Of a DNA stretch of 64,000 nt, positions 22,601-35,848 are shown piece after piece (within the stretch, counting starts at the first letter, position 1; each line of letters starts with the position of its first letter). The position numbers were made by a program, and so were the translations under genes. The stretch is from Haliotis cracherodii (taxonomy: Eukaryota): assembly GCF_022045235.1 (NCBI RefSeq), contig NW_027266275.1:12586001-12650000 (forward strand), written 5' to 3'. The notes beneath the pieces were generated by a model, which did no database searches, had not been told where the DNA came from, and was given only the letters and a program-made list of their open reading frames with translations.

Positions 22601-25600
22601 CTTTTTTAGCAAAGCATTACTACTCTTGAGGAAAAAGAAATTCCAGGAAGGGCTCCTAGTAAAGACGGATGGTCAACTAGATAACATAGAAAGAATGGTA
22701 AATATAGTTAAGACAATTGAACATTCTGTGAATACCGTATTCAACGTAATAAGCACCCAGTTCTAATAAGCACCCACGGCGATATTTGCTAAGATATTGG
22801 CTAGTGAACAATCCCTATTAGCACCCCTTCCGATTGAAAAATGTACACAAGACTTATTTATTCGTGCATAATATGTTTGTTATATGCATCCTTAATTATG
22901 GGCAATTAAATTTTGGGAAAATATATCTGTCGTATATAAACATTTCAGTCTGTCAGCATAAACCACGAAATTTACAATCTTCCAACTCTGTTGTTTTTCA
23001 CCAAAATAATGTTTTAATAAGAGCCCCCAATTTCTAATTTTGAGAGCACCCTGGGCGCTTATTATGTCGAATACGGTATATTAAGATACATTGAAAATGT
23101 TTAGCTCTACACCAATGCCCACAAACTAATCCAAGACTAAATACATTGAATTTTAAATTTCATTTAAAATCATACAATTAATGTTGTAGTCAGTTGTTGA
23201 ATCATTTTAACCAATCTCTGCAGGGCTTATGGAGTCTATACGTCTGCTCACAAAACCTTTAAAGTCTTTTGACATCAGGGGCGGTCGGGTAGCCTTGTGG
23301 TTAAAGTGTTCTCTCGTCACGCCAAGGACCCGGGTTCGATTCCCGGCATGGGTACTATGAGTGAAGCCCATTTCTGGTGTCCCCCGCCGTGATATTGCTG
23401 GAATATTGGTGAAAGTGACGTAAAACCATACTCACTCACTAACTCATTTTTGACATCATGGACCAGCTATTCAAGTAACCTGATGATTTCACATCATTCA
23501 CGAATCATTGGTAGGTTTTGTTATATTTTTGTTATGAACCAGATGTGACAGGTATCAATTATTTTTATGTTGTTTGTTTATAGGTTCATGATCTGGAGTT
23601 TGCTCAGATTGAAACTGAAGTTGTGAAAGGACTCAAAGTTGGTAATGAATCACTGAAGAAGATGCACGAGGTGAGGAGACAAGGAATAACTAAACATGGA
23701 CAGACCCTGTATACATGATGAGCCAATCAAATGATGCAACAATGTCATGCATTTGGTTTCAGTTTGGTTCGAGTGAAAATACTTGATGGCTCTAGCTTGA
23801 GCCCAGAGCATCATATTTTCAACTGTAACTATTATAAACTTAGCCAACAAGCCACAATGTATTACTGTAAACAGGGAATTTTTTGCGACCATTTTATTAT
23901 TGCGAGTTTTGCGAACGAGACTCAATAGCAAAAATTAAAAATGCAAAAATAAGTATAAATAATACATACATACTTTATTCATTGCAACACGTCATCAAAT
24001 GTTGAAATCATCAACCAAAACTACAAGTTACTCAATAAGTTAAAAACTCAAATGAATGCAGAATGGTCACACAATACATCACAATTGACAGTGTAAACAG
24101 ACCAATTAGTGTCACTGTTACCCCTTGCAATCCCTTCCGGTCAACTTTCCGGCCAACTCAGATTAAGTAGCTTCTGAGAGAAGCTGTCCATTGTTTGGTA
24201 ATCGAGGGGTCATCTCAACACGGCAACTCGCAAAAATATCTCGTCGCAGTATTGTCTTTGGTGTGGTATTCGCAATATTTAAACGGCGCAGAAATAAAGC
24301 TGTTTACAGTATCTGTCCAAACTGAAGGAATTGTTTGTCCTGAACATTTGGTGAGGACTTACAGCATTCATTCATGAAGGACAGATAATCCGTAATTTCT
24401 AGTTTCAAGTGGTTTATTCAATATATTACTCCTTGACATTTTGCGAGAGAAAATAAAGAAAAAACATAAGATGTCAACCTTACATTAAGTTACAGAGAAA
24501 CTTCATTGAAGCAGTATTGCTCAGATGGCGTAGTGTAATAGGTTTGTGACATCATCAACAATGGATGACATGTCACATTTTTTCTCAACAATGAAAATTG
24601 TGATGTCATATGACTACAGTATACCAGTCAGCATTGAGAATTGTTAAAAGCATGTGCAAATATCGTAATTACGCACAACCATTCTTCCTTTATGGGTAGA
24701 TGTTCAGGCTCGCTGACTTGGTTGAAGCATGTCATTGATCCCAATTTCATGGATCAATGCTCATGATATCAATCACTGGATTGTTTGGTCCAGACTCACT
24801 TATTTACAGACCACTGTCATATAGCTGGAATATTGCTGAGTGCGGCATTAAACAACAAACCAAACCAAAAACTTTATGGGTAATATTGTTTATTATCCCC
24901 TGCCCATCTTTCTGTCCATCCGTCACATTTCGTTTACAGAGCAGAACTACAAAAACATGAGAGACATCTTACCCAAACTTGGCACATAGATGGGTCTAGT
25001 GGTGAACTGGTGCCTTTTGATAGTTTGGGATTTATAAAATAAAATGATTTTTCGAGTTTCCATGGCAACGATTTTGACTTAGACTGAAAATGGCGGAAGT
25101 GCTTGTTTCCAGAGCAGATCTTGAAAACTGTAAAATATTTCTTGCCTTGCGCACAACCAGAGTATTTCATGCTTGTTCATAACTAGAAGCGTTTGTCATT
25201 GCATTCTATTTTTGTGCAGCTGCTGTCACTGGAGGATGTGGAGAAGATCATGGAAGAGACAAGGGAGGGAGTGGAGTATCAGCAGGTGGGGCCTTGAAAC
25301 CATACACACAAGCCTTGACACCATACACACAAGCCTTGACACCATACACACAAGCCTTGACACCATACACACAAGCCTTGAAACCATTCACACAAGCCTT
25401 GAAACCATACACACAAGCCTTGACACCATACACACAAGCCTTGACACCATTCACACAAGCCTTGAAACCATACACACAAGCCTTGAAACCATTTACACAA
25501 GCCTTGAAACCATACACACAAGCCTTGACACCATACACACAAGCCTTCACACAAGCCTTGACACCATACACACAAGCCTTGACACCATACACACAAGCCT

Positions 25601-28600
25601 TGAAACCATTCACACAAGCCTTGAAACCATACACACAAGCCTTGACACCATACACACAAGCCTTGACACCATTCACACAAGCCTTGACACCATACACACA
25701 AGCCTTGAAACCATTCACACAAGCCTTGAAACCATACACACAAGCCTTGACACCATACACACAAGCCTTGAAACCATACACACAAGCCTTGACACCATAC
25801 ACACAAGCCTTGAAACCATTCACACAAGCCTCGAAACCATACACACAAGCCTTGAAACCATACACACAAGCCTTGAAACCATACACACAAGCCTTGACAC
25901 CATACACACAAGCCTTGACACCATACACACAAGCCTTGACACCATACACACAAGCCTTGAAACCATACACACAAGTCTTGAAACCATACACACAAGCCTT
26001 GAAACCACACACAAGCCTTGACACCATACACACAAGCCTTGAAACCATACACACAAGCCTTGACACCATACACACAGGCCTTGAAACCATACACACAAGT
26101 CTTGAAACCATACACACAAACCTTGAAACCACACACAAGCCTTGACACCATACACACAAGCCTTGAAACCATACACACAAGCCTTGAAACCATACACTCA
26201 AGCCTTGAAACCATACACACAAGCCTTGAAACCACACACAAGCCTTGAAACCATTCACACAAGCCTTGAAACCATACACACAAGCCTTCACACCATACAC
26301 ACAAGCCTTGAAACCATACACACAAGCCTTGAAACCATACACACAATAACTAGCCATTCAGTATAGACATGTAAACATTGGTGTGAAATGTTAATAGTCA
26401 GTATTGTCTTGTGTTGTTAAACCAGCATTCCGCAGCTTTTTACAAAACAAGACCACCTCTGTGGTCCTGTGGATAGTTTGTCTGCCCGGAGCCGAGGTTA
26501 GTGGTTTGATCGCCAGTCGCCCAGTACCAAATGACTTTAAAGATGGTACTTGTTGTTACCCTGCCTGTGTGAGGGCCAAGGAGTTAAACATGGACTGGTC
26601 GGCTCTGAGTCATTATACCATGTCTGAATGGGGTGTACATGTTAAACTGAGGCATGGTATCTCATCAGGCTAGCACTATGAAATAAGCATTAGTCCAGAC
26701 TAGTACAAGCAGCCACACATGCATATCGCTATATAAACACAATAATCTTCAATGGGACATCTCAGCTCACCTCCAAAACAAAATGGTCATTATCTAATAA
26801 GAACATTCTGAGGTTTTACATTTTTCTTAAAATGTTAGATAGTGTGTCAGACTATCTGTTTATATATTTTCTATGGGTTTCTCATCTCCCACTCAACATG
26901 AAAGACAGTTTTTCTCTCCAGCCATTCCCCTGTGTGAATATAAATCCTACTGCCCAGGAAAGAAATTAACAGATTTTTGCATTTTATAAACCTATCCAGG
27001 CTCTTGTGCATATTGAAAAAAGGGAAGTAACTCTGCCTATTGCTTTGTATTTTTACCACCTTTTAAGTCTTTACTTTTTCCATGTTGAAAGCTCCTCACA
27101 GGATACAGTATCCGTACCACAGCACAATAACGGCAACCAAACTGTGAACCATGTTAGCACATATCTTATCAGTGATGAGAAACACTAAAATATTGCAGAC
27201 AAATCAAGTTATGTTCTCTCCATACATGCTATACTTATATTCATAATCATGTCAAAGATACAACAATACATGTTATTTACAAAACAAAATGTAATGCACA
27301 TAGGGAACTATTCAGATAGACCACAGTGAGGACACTCTGAATGCGAGAGCAAGATACAAATTCATCATTTATGGACTCGGCTTCAGTTACTCAGAGCTCC
27401 AGATAACTTTTTGAGCAATTGAGTTTTTACTCTAGGGTTTCTATTTTAATTGAGTTATTACATTTTTCATTGGGTATCCAATATTTTTTCACTCATCTAT
27501 TCATCACTCTATTGGTTTTTTTCCAAAAAAAGTGAACATTTTAAGATTTAAAAAAAAAGAAATATCCGGTGATGTTTTAGATGTATATAACTGTTCTAAA
27601 TTTATAGGCTTGACTCTTAAAGTAAATTATTTCGTAATTGTATTTCGGAAACTAGCTCCTTCGTACGCATGCTGAAAAAGCTTCATTGGGTATTTACGCA
27701 TGCTGCTTTTATACATTTGAGTTTTTCATTTAATGCATGCATTTCTGTACGCAAGTTAATTGAAAGTAATTAAGTTTTGACTATTTTGGTGGGGAATTTT
27801 ATGCAAATACGCTGCTTATCTGCAGCTCTGGCTACTCCCTTGATTGACAGCTGTTTTTCATGTACTTATAAAAATAACTGTTTGTTGACATCAGGAAATT
27901 GATGACCTGCTGGCAGGAGGACTCACAGACCAGGATGAACAGGACGTGCTGACTGAACTCAGTCAGATAGTACAGGTAGGTGCCAATTGAAGCATTCATT
28001 GTTTCAGAAATAATGTTTTATCAGCATTTTTGGTACAATTTTCAATAATATGTTTGATCTTAACTTGAGCACAATAATAATGATATTGGACTCGCTGATA
28101 CAGTCTCACAGCACTACATTAAAGAGAAAGTTGTTAAGAGGAGATTAATCATAGTGGAGCTTAAAAATATGGGTTTTAAGAGCTGTATTAATAACGTCAG
28201 TAGATGAGATAGCCAGGGGAACAGATTCTGCGGTACAGGTGCTGCATGTGTAAGTGTTCGGAAAGCAAATGATTTCTGTTTCTGTTTCTGCACTGTCAGC
28301 AGTTGTTGGTTTTCTGATTGATTTTCAGCAATCTCATTAAAATCAGATCTCAGTTCTCATTACCGCTAAACAAAGATATAAGGACACAGGTCACGTCAGA
28401 CCGATCTTCCGTGAACTTTGACCGACCAATAGAATGACTGACAAGAAGTTGACATTAGCCAATCAGAAGGCAGCTTTTTCATGCTTTACAGCACTAGTTT
28501 CATACTGGCGACTACACTTTTTAACATATTTTAACAAACTCCTGATTAAAAACTTTGAAAACAGATCAAAAGAACATTCTGGAATGGCTAATAGATGGCC

Positions 28601-30632
28601 TAGATTGTATGGATTCAGTCGTATAGCCCGTAACTGTTGTTCGGAATACCCCATGTTAAATTTTTCAAAGGTTGCATGATTAGAAAAAACATTCTGACCT
28701 TCACTTTCCTGATCTGGTAAGCGAAGCTCTCATTGGTCAGATGAAATATCGTTCTGACATGACCTTAACGGGATGTCGTCAGATCTTTGTTTAGCGATAG
28801 TGAGAACTAAGATCGATTTTAATGAGATTTGATTTTCAGAGAATATAAACAAATTGGAAACTTTACTTTATAATGTTAGAAAAGATATAAATTAGGTTAA
28901 GAATAAAGATAACCTGTACAAGGTTTTGTTTGGAGGTGATGTTGACAGACTGATGTTAAGTCACAACACAAGTGTCATACTAACTTGTATCTCTGCTACT
29001 ATCAGGAATCAACGCCAGAACAAGATCTGGAACTACCGGAAGTGCCTGATGAAGATGTCGGAGGTAGGAAGCAGAATATGATTATTCCCAACCACTCTGA
29101 GTCTGGTTCAAATGTGCTTGATTGTTTGTTTTGAATACCGGTTTGCTTTGGTTATGTTTCTAGGTTTGTCAGCACCATGACTGAGACATGTATCACTTTG
29201 GGCTTTCCTCCCACATCAAGCTGACACACCGTGATATAACTGGAATACTGTTAAAAGCAGCGTTAAACCCAACTCACTCACTTGATAAAACGAAAACCAG
29301 GTTCAGTTTACCATGTCTCTCATGCTTGTTTGCTGCAATGTTATTAAAAGTGTGAAACCTTCTCTCAAATGAAATCTTCATTGTAAAGTTTTGAATATGT
29401 CATGAATCAATGCATTGCACAGTAAAACAAACATGAAAAAAAATAAAATAAAAAATTATCAAGTTTGAAAACAAATAACATTAAGATTACTCAGGATGTA
29501 ACGACAAAATGGAACGTGTTTCAATCACTGCTTGTCCTACCAAAAATCCCATTAAGACTCAACTGAAAATATTAAGATGCCTTTATAAAGGTTGCTTACG
29601 TTTGTCTGCATATTAAAAAAAGCATGTCACCTTCATGCACAAAGTTTGTCAGAAGTACTTGCTTGAGCGCTGGTTTTCTTTGTGGACATATAAGAGTTCT
29701 GTTATCTTCCTGGTGAAGTTCATATTTCCAAGGAAAGGGAGATAACTGACTATAAAAGTCCAGTTTCAACCATTGCCGAACTAGGCAGGACTTATGGAGT
29801 TATATTTTGATATTGACGTCTGGTTTGTCAACTGCCTTGCAGATTTTGGTCGACTGCAGGCTTTGCAAAGCATGTGTTCCCTCATCTTATATCAACAAAT
29901 ATTTTCCAAATCTTTTCATGTTTTTTATCAAGGTGCTCACATGATTTGATGCACTTCGTGAAGTAAGATCCGTTTTTTACAATATAGATTTTGATTATCG
30001 ATCAGATCATCGTGACTTGTCTGAGACATGTATCACTTTAATATAGATTCCGTCCGTCCGAAAACTTTGTCCACGCGATTTCTCTTAAACTATTTAGTGG
30101 ATCCATCTCAAACTTAGTACATATAATCTGTGTCATATGGAGGGGTGCAGTCAAAAGAAAAAATTGTTTTTATTAATTTTCCATTTTTTTATGAATTTTT
30201 CAAACCCTAACCTAGCTATTTAATTTGAAACTACTGACACATTAGGCGGGTTGGGGGTATTAGTGAGCCACACTCACTTTTGCCCTTGTTTGCTGTACAT
30301 GTATAAAACGTCAAGATCTTATACACTTGAGTTGACTGAAGCTTTATCTTTACTCAAATATGTAAATGTCAGAAGAAATGTGTGCATAGAGTCAGAAAGA
30401 AATGCGAACACTTGTAGTGTGATATTATTGTCAATAAATGATATATCACATGACTAACCACAGGTCCGGGTTCTAAGGACCCACCCGACCCGAGTACCTG
30501 AGTGTTCTGACCCAGCCCTACAATGTATGCTCTATCACCCTTAGTGATTTTCTCCCTCTTTCTTCTTCAGAGAGAGAAAGAAGGAAGGAACAGAAGAAAC
30601 AAAGGGAACCAGAAGCTCTGGCAGCATCCTGA
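19538..30632 (+). CDS. CHMP6: Charged multivesicular body protein 6 (ESCRT-III, Vps20); join 19538-19606,21183-21292,22610-22697,23584-23670,25220-25285,27895-27975,29006-29063,30571-30632 (621 nt, 206 aa)
   Basis: MGNLFGKSKPKPSRVTEQDRAVL/QLKQQRDKLRQYQKKI...KALLLLRKKKFQE...VHDLEFAQIE...LLSLEDVEKIMEET...EIDDLLAGGLTDQDE...LELPEVPDED...EPEALAAS*; myristoylation-type N-terminus, MIM2-like LPEVP; all GT-AG, phases consistent. Confidence 0.96.
20598..20883. mobile_element. hAT-like MITE
   Basis: CAGAGCTCCGGATAA ... TTATCCAGAGCCCTG; related copy ~27393-27830. Confidence 0.6.
21183..21292 (+). CDS. CHMP6: CHMP6 exon 2
   Basis: QLKQQRDKLRQYQKKI... Confidence 0.95.
21555..22270. repeat. 21-bp minisatellite with higher-order blocks (CHMP6 intron 2)
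   Basis: Unit TGCTCATGCTCTGCTCATCAT, interrupted by recurring GTTGCTCGGGGTGTGAGAGAGTG. Confidence 0.92.
22610..22697 (+). CDS. CHMP6: CHMP6 exon 3
   Basis: KALLLLRKKKFQEGLLVKTDGQLDNIERM. Confidence 0.95.
22735..23076. mobile_element. Tc1/mariner-pogo-type MITE (same family as 16258-16591)
   Basis: TA|CCGTATTCAACGTAATAAG ... CTTATTATGTCGAATACGG|TA. Confidence 0.88.
23278..23446 (+). mobile_element. SINE family A with TSD
   Basis: TSD TTTTGACATCA on both sides. Confidence 0.9.
23584..23670 (+). CDS. CHMP6: CHMP6 exon 4
   Basis: VHDLEFAQIETEVVKGLKVGNESLKKMHE. Confidence 0.95.
23865..24309. mobile_element. TA-flanked MITE (CTGTAAACAG termini)
   Basis: TA|CTGTAAACAG ... CTGTTTACAG|TA. Confidence 0.7.
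25220..25285 (+). CDS. CHMP6: CHMP6 exon 5
   Basis: LLSLEDVEKIMEETREGVEYQQ. Confidence 0.93.
25291..26345. repeat. 21-bp minisatellite (~50 copies)
   Basis: Unit GCCTTGA(A/C)ACCAT(A/T)CACACAA. Confidence 0.97.
27895..27975 (+). CDS. CHMP6: CHMP6 exon 6
   Basis: EIDDLLAGGLTDQDEQDVLTELSQIVQ. Confidence 0.93.
28329..28830. mobile_element. MITE family M (502 bp)
   Basis: CAATCTCATTAAAATCAGATCT ... GATTTTAATGAGATT; TSD GATTTTCAG. Confidence 0.9.
29006..29063 (+). CDS. CHMP6: CHMP6 exon 7
   Basis: ESTPEQDLELPEVPDEDVG. Confidence 0.9.
30571..30632 (+). CDS. CHMP6: CHMP6 exon 8 (stop)
   Basis: Long pyrimidine tract + CAG; RERRKEQKKQREPEALAAS*. Confidence 0.88.
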
Positions 30633-32917
30633 TCCATCCAGTCTGCACTGGCCCAATCAGGTTCAAACTGGTTCTGTCCAGCTTCAAGTGGATGTGTGTA
30701 GTGCATGAACTGAATAAGACTGATGCTCAAACTATGTCTGCTGTCCTGGATCAACTCGAATGATGGATGATAATCATGATAATGAAATGCGGATGCTTTT
30801 GATTAATTAAAAAACTCTGTGTAAAATCTTTCTGGATAACGCATGATTGCAAATGACTTTCAGTATTCAGACATATATACAATTATCTGCATCACTGGTT
30901 GCCAGACTGATGGTCCTACTGTCTGTGTTCTACAGCATTTCGTCAGGGTATTTAAGGGTATTTCACATTTCAGACTATCTGTTTCACCCGGCAAATACTT
31001 TTGTGTATTTTATGAACTTATTTCTTTTACCTTCTTTCACTGAATGTTTCACATATGGCAGGAGAAACAAAACAAGAAATATAAGTCCCAAAGTTTCAGA
31101 ATGTGGGACAACTTTTAAGTCTCTCAGTGTTTATATTATTTGGAAATTGGATTTCTCCCAATTAGAAATACAATTGAAGATTTCTTCCTTGTAACTATAC
31201 TCAATTAATGGTAAGACTAAACTGTGACAGAAATGCTGATTTAGGTTTTCAGTTAGTGTTTCTATTATTAAGTGTGAACCAATCCATGACACATGCTGAC
31301 TTACGTATTACGGTTATGACGAACACGCTTATAACAAACTTACGGATAAAACAGACTTACTGTTTTGGTCCCTACTATCTGCTGTAGTTATGCTGTATAT
31401 ATGCTTATAACGAACTACGGTTATAACGAACTAAAATTAGTAGTCCCTTTGAGTTCGTTAAAACTGTGCTTTACTGTACTAGAGAAGTGCACACACTTTA
31501 AAATGATTCCAGTGTGTTCCACATTGTTTCTACCCAGTAATTGGGTATAAGATTTTGTTTTTCACACCATACCTGGGCTCACTGGTTTCTATAAAGTGGT
31601 AAACATCTAGGTCAGTGACATTACAGAAAAACTGTTCAATGCTGCTTTAAACTATCCTCACTCACTCTGACTGCAGCTGTCGCCTAGCAACTAACAGTAT
31701 CCAGGTAAGGGGTCGGCTAACAGGATCGGGTGGTCAGGCTCGCTGACTTGGTTTTGCATGTTATCAATCCCAAATGCTTGGATTGATGCTCATGATGTCA
31801 ATCACTGTCTGGTCCAGACTCGATCATTTACAGACCGCCGTCATATAGATGGAATATTGCTGAGTATGGCATCGAACAACAAACAAACAAACAAAAGGTA
31901 AGGGGTCAACATGAACACATTCCCGGTAGTTTAAATCAGGTTGTTCATGTACATTTCCTGATGGATAGGTTTCTGTGTGGTTTGGTTGGTTTGTGTATTG
32001 AATTGTTAGGTTGAAAAAAAATGCTATCATGGACAGAATCATATTGTTATCCTTCAAGCCTATCGTCTGACACACCATGCATGTCATATTTGCATATTAC
32101 ATGTATTCATAATGTTCTTGGAATTATAGCGATTGGTGAATTTTTTGGATGTTATTGTCATGATAACACGTATGGTATGTATGGTACATGCATTGATTAA
32201 TGATGGGGGCATGGGTGGCCCAGTCATCTAAGATGCCACAATTCGCTGTGAAGAGTTGCGTCCCTTTGGTATGCCAGAAACCTATGATTGTGGGTTCGAA
32301 TCCCGATTCGTCCCGATTATGTTTCTAGGTTTGTCAGCACCATACCCGTGCTGGTGGCTTTCACCGAAGTGGTAAACATCAAAGACTTGCATCACTTCGG
32401 GCTTTCCTCTCACATTAAGCTGACACACCCTGATATAACTGGAATACTGTTAAAGTGGTGTTTAACCCAACTCACTCACTCACTCTCTTATTAAACATCG
32501 TAATAATTATCAGTACTTCTGATTTCTTGCGCTGTAGTTATAAAAAAACAAGTAATTAATGTATGTCTGATTATTAAGATTCCTCAACAATGGCAGGATG
32601 ATATTTATGCGTCTCATGTTTAAACTGATTGTGACATATTGTAAATGTGGTGTGCATGAGAAACTGTAGAAATAATAAACACTCTTTTTGTAATGCTTTT
32701 GTTGTCATTAATTAACATATCCCTGTATAACAACATCTAAACAGTATGTTTTATTTTGTCATTTAAGTGTCACTGACAGCTGGTTTTTAGAACTGTTCGA
32801 ATCAAAAAAACATTCCGAACTAAGCAGAATTGTGGAAAAGAAACTGTAAGTTTCTCTACAGTAATGTTCGCATGTAACAGTCTTTTTGAAATAAGTCCAT
32901 TGGGTCCAAGAGGTTTT

Positions 32918-33194
32918 GGGGGGCACGGGTGGCCCAGTTGTCTAATGCGCTGCGATTCGCTGTGCAGAGTTGCGTCCCTTGACCTCGCCAGAAACCTATG
33001 GTTGTGGGTTCGAATCCCTGTTCGCCCCAATTAAGTTTCTAGGTTTGTCAGCACCATACCCGTGTTGTGTGTTTCACCGAAGTGGTAAATAACTGAGACT
33101 TGAATCACTTCGGGCTTTCCTCCCACATCAAGCTGACAGGCCGTGATATAACTGGAATACTGTTAAAAGAGGCGTTAAACCCAACTCACTCACA
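32918..33194 (+). mobile_element. SINE family B with TSD
   Basis: TSD CCAAGAGGTTTT at 32906-32917 and 33195-33206. Confidence 0.92.
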
Positions 33195-33727
33195 CCAAGA
33201 GGTTTTCGTTGAGATTAGTTTGTTTGTTTCTTTTGAACGCCACACTCAGCAATATTCCAGCTATGAGATGGCTGTCAGTAAGTAATCAAGTCTGGACCAG
33301 ACAATCCAGTGATTTATATCCCATTATTGGGATAAGATGACAAACATCAACCAAGTCAGTGAGCCTGACCACCCGACCCCGTTAGTCGCCTCTTACTACA
33401 AGCATATTGGCCTTTTACAGCAAGCTTGGGTTGCTGAAGACCTATTCTACCCTGTATCTTCATGGGTAGTTTGCGTTGAGAGAGAATGAATGGCACATAT
33501 ATCACGTGTAATAAATTCGGCTACAATAGTGGCAAATACTTGCTGTTCTGTAGCAATACACTCTTGTAAGGAACAATATCATTTGCAGATATACAAGGGT
33601 GGTTGGGGTAGCCTAGAGGAAAGCGTTCACTCATCATGCCAAAGACCGATTCAATTCCCTTAAATGGGAATAATGTATAAATCCTAATTCTTTCGTCTCT
33701 AGTCCTAATGATGTACGATTATTGCTC

Positions 33728-35047
33728 TGAGGGTTGTTTGATAAATTTTGAGCCTCACATAGAAAGAGTTGCAATAGTGTTGTTGTTTTTTGTGGTTGGT
33801 TTGTTGTTTAACGCATCACTCAGCAATATTACAACTATATGACGGCGGTCTGTAAATAATCGAGTCTGGACCAGACAATCCAGTATTTGATATCATGAGC
33901 GTCGATCCACGCAATTGGGATCGATGACATGCATCAACCAAGTCAGCGAGCCTGAACACCCGATCCCGTTTGTCGCCTTTTACGACAAGCATAGTCACCT
34001 TTTGCGGCAAGCATGGGTTGCTGAAGACATATTCTACCCGTAATCTTCACGGGTCTTATTTTGTGGACATTACATGATGTCATAAAGATATATCCTTAAA
34101 AGTGTCAGTTTAGGAAATTGTTTTGCTGTGACCAGTTAGTAAAATAACCAGGGGTGTGTGACGTTTGGAAACTGGACAATCTTGAGGAACGTGCAGTGGT
34201 CAAGTACTTGCAGAAAAGGGGCTAACACTAAAAGCTATACTTGAAGATGTGAGTACAATACCAGGTAAAGATGCCCCTTCCTATGCTCCAGTAAGAGCCG
34301 GAAAGCAGAGTTTAAGTGAGGCAGAGCGTGCCTAGAAGACGAGCCCTGTCCTGGAAGGCCTGCGATGTCAGCAACAACAGAAATAATCCAGAGAATCCGA
34401 TATGGTGAATACTGACCAGCGAATGATTGAGTATCATATTGCTAGTTCAGTTGGCATTTCCCAGGAGAGGAGTGAGTGAGTATGGTTTTACGCCCCTTTT
34501 AGGAATATTCCAGCAATATCACGGCGGGGGACACCAAAAATTGGTTTCACACATTGTAACCATGTCAGGAATCAAACCTGGGCCTTCAGCGTGACGAGTG
34601 AAAGCTTTAACCACAAGGCTACCCGACCGCCCCTCCCAGGACCCGTCCCAGTATCACTGAAAAGTTGGCAATGAAGAAAGTGTCAGCTAGTTGGGCTCAA
34701 AAGCGTCTGACATCTGAACCAAAATGCACAAGGCACAACGTCCCGCGATAATATAGCTGTGTTTGAAGCTGATCCAGAAAGATTCTTGCAATGATGTGTG
34801 ACTGTGGATGAAATCTCGGTTCACCAGAGTCAAAACGACAAATTGAAAGTACTTGATCACTGCACGTTCCTCAAGTTTGTGCATTTTCCAAAGGCAAAAG
34901 ATCCTTGTTTATATTATTGTCTTGTCACAGCAAAACAATTTGCTCAGTTGTGGATATACCCCTGTGACGTCATGTAAATGTCCACAACAAAGGATTTCGC
35001 TATTACTCAATTCTTTTTGAGGCTCAGTAGTTATCAATCAACCATCG
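33728..35047. mobile_element. Mariner-derived fold-back element (two 5' ends) interrupted by two SINEs
   Basis: Left TIR GAGGGTTGTTTGATAAATTTTGAGCCTCA, right TGAGGCTCAGTAGTTATCAATCAACCATCG|TA; LEERAVVKYL on + and LEERAVIKYF on -. Confidence 0.75.
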
Positions 35048-35504
35048 TAGAAGTAATACCATACATGTATCGGGCATAATCAGAGCGCACGTAAGAATAT
35101 ACTGCGAGGAGCATTATCAGAGTGAATATAGAGCTCCTAGGGGCAAATTGGGCCCCCACTTGTCGCCTCAGAAATAAGGGTTGTGTGTAATTTTTTTATC
35201 AGGACTGCATGGCTCGGACTTGATTATTTAAAAGCTGCATTCACCCGGCCCAAAGGTCATATGGTGGCCCCCTTGACAGATAAAAAGCCACAGGTCTTAT
35301 GTCAATCATTTAAATCTATAACTGCATTAATGTTAAAACGAATCGCTTGTTCTGCTTGAACCCTTGCATTAGCCGACTTTGATATAAACTGTTAATCGTT
35401 TCTGCAGCGCCTCGCTGTAACGTGTTGAAATTACTAGGATTTGGCGTTTAAAAATGTTTCGATAGATATATATCTAGATCAGACGTGCCGTGAAATTGGT
35501 GAGA

Positions 35505-35848
35505 TAAGGTGAAATGGGGTTTAACGTCGCGTCAAATATCATTGCACTTATATGACGACGTGCATGCACGTGTGTGTGGCTGCTTGTTCTAGTCCGGACT
35601 GATGCCGATTTATAGTGCTAGCCCACTAGGATACAATGCCGAAGTTAAACAATGAATACCCCACTCAAACACAGCATACTCCGAGCCGACTAGTCCTTTT
35701 TTTAGACCCTTAATGCCGAGCGCCACGTTGGGTAACAACACGTACCATCTTTTAACGTCTTCTGGTATGACGTCGCTGGGGATCGAACCCCGGACCTTCC
35801 GCTCGCCGGGCGGACGCTCTACTACTAGACCACGGAGGCGGTCGCCTT
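35505..35848 (-). mobile_element. tRNA-derived SINE family D (V-domain-like)
   Basis: Head TGGTCTAGTAG..GGTTCGATCCC, then GTCATACCAGAAGACGTTAAAAGATGGTAC..GGCATTAAGGG (V-SINE-like core, recalled not searched); relatives ~26450-26725(+), 61565-61705(+), tail ~56891-56940. Confidence 0.7.

Noticed and set aside
25173-26366. Long ORFs on both strands (TIHTSLE / CVYGFKA repeats)
   Set aside because: Produced by a stop-free 21-bp minisatellite inside CHMP6 intron 5; only 25220-25285 is a real exon.
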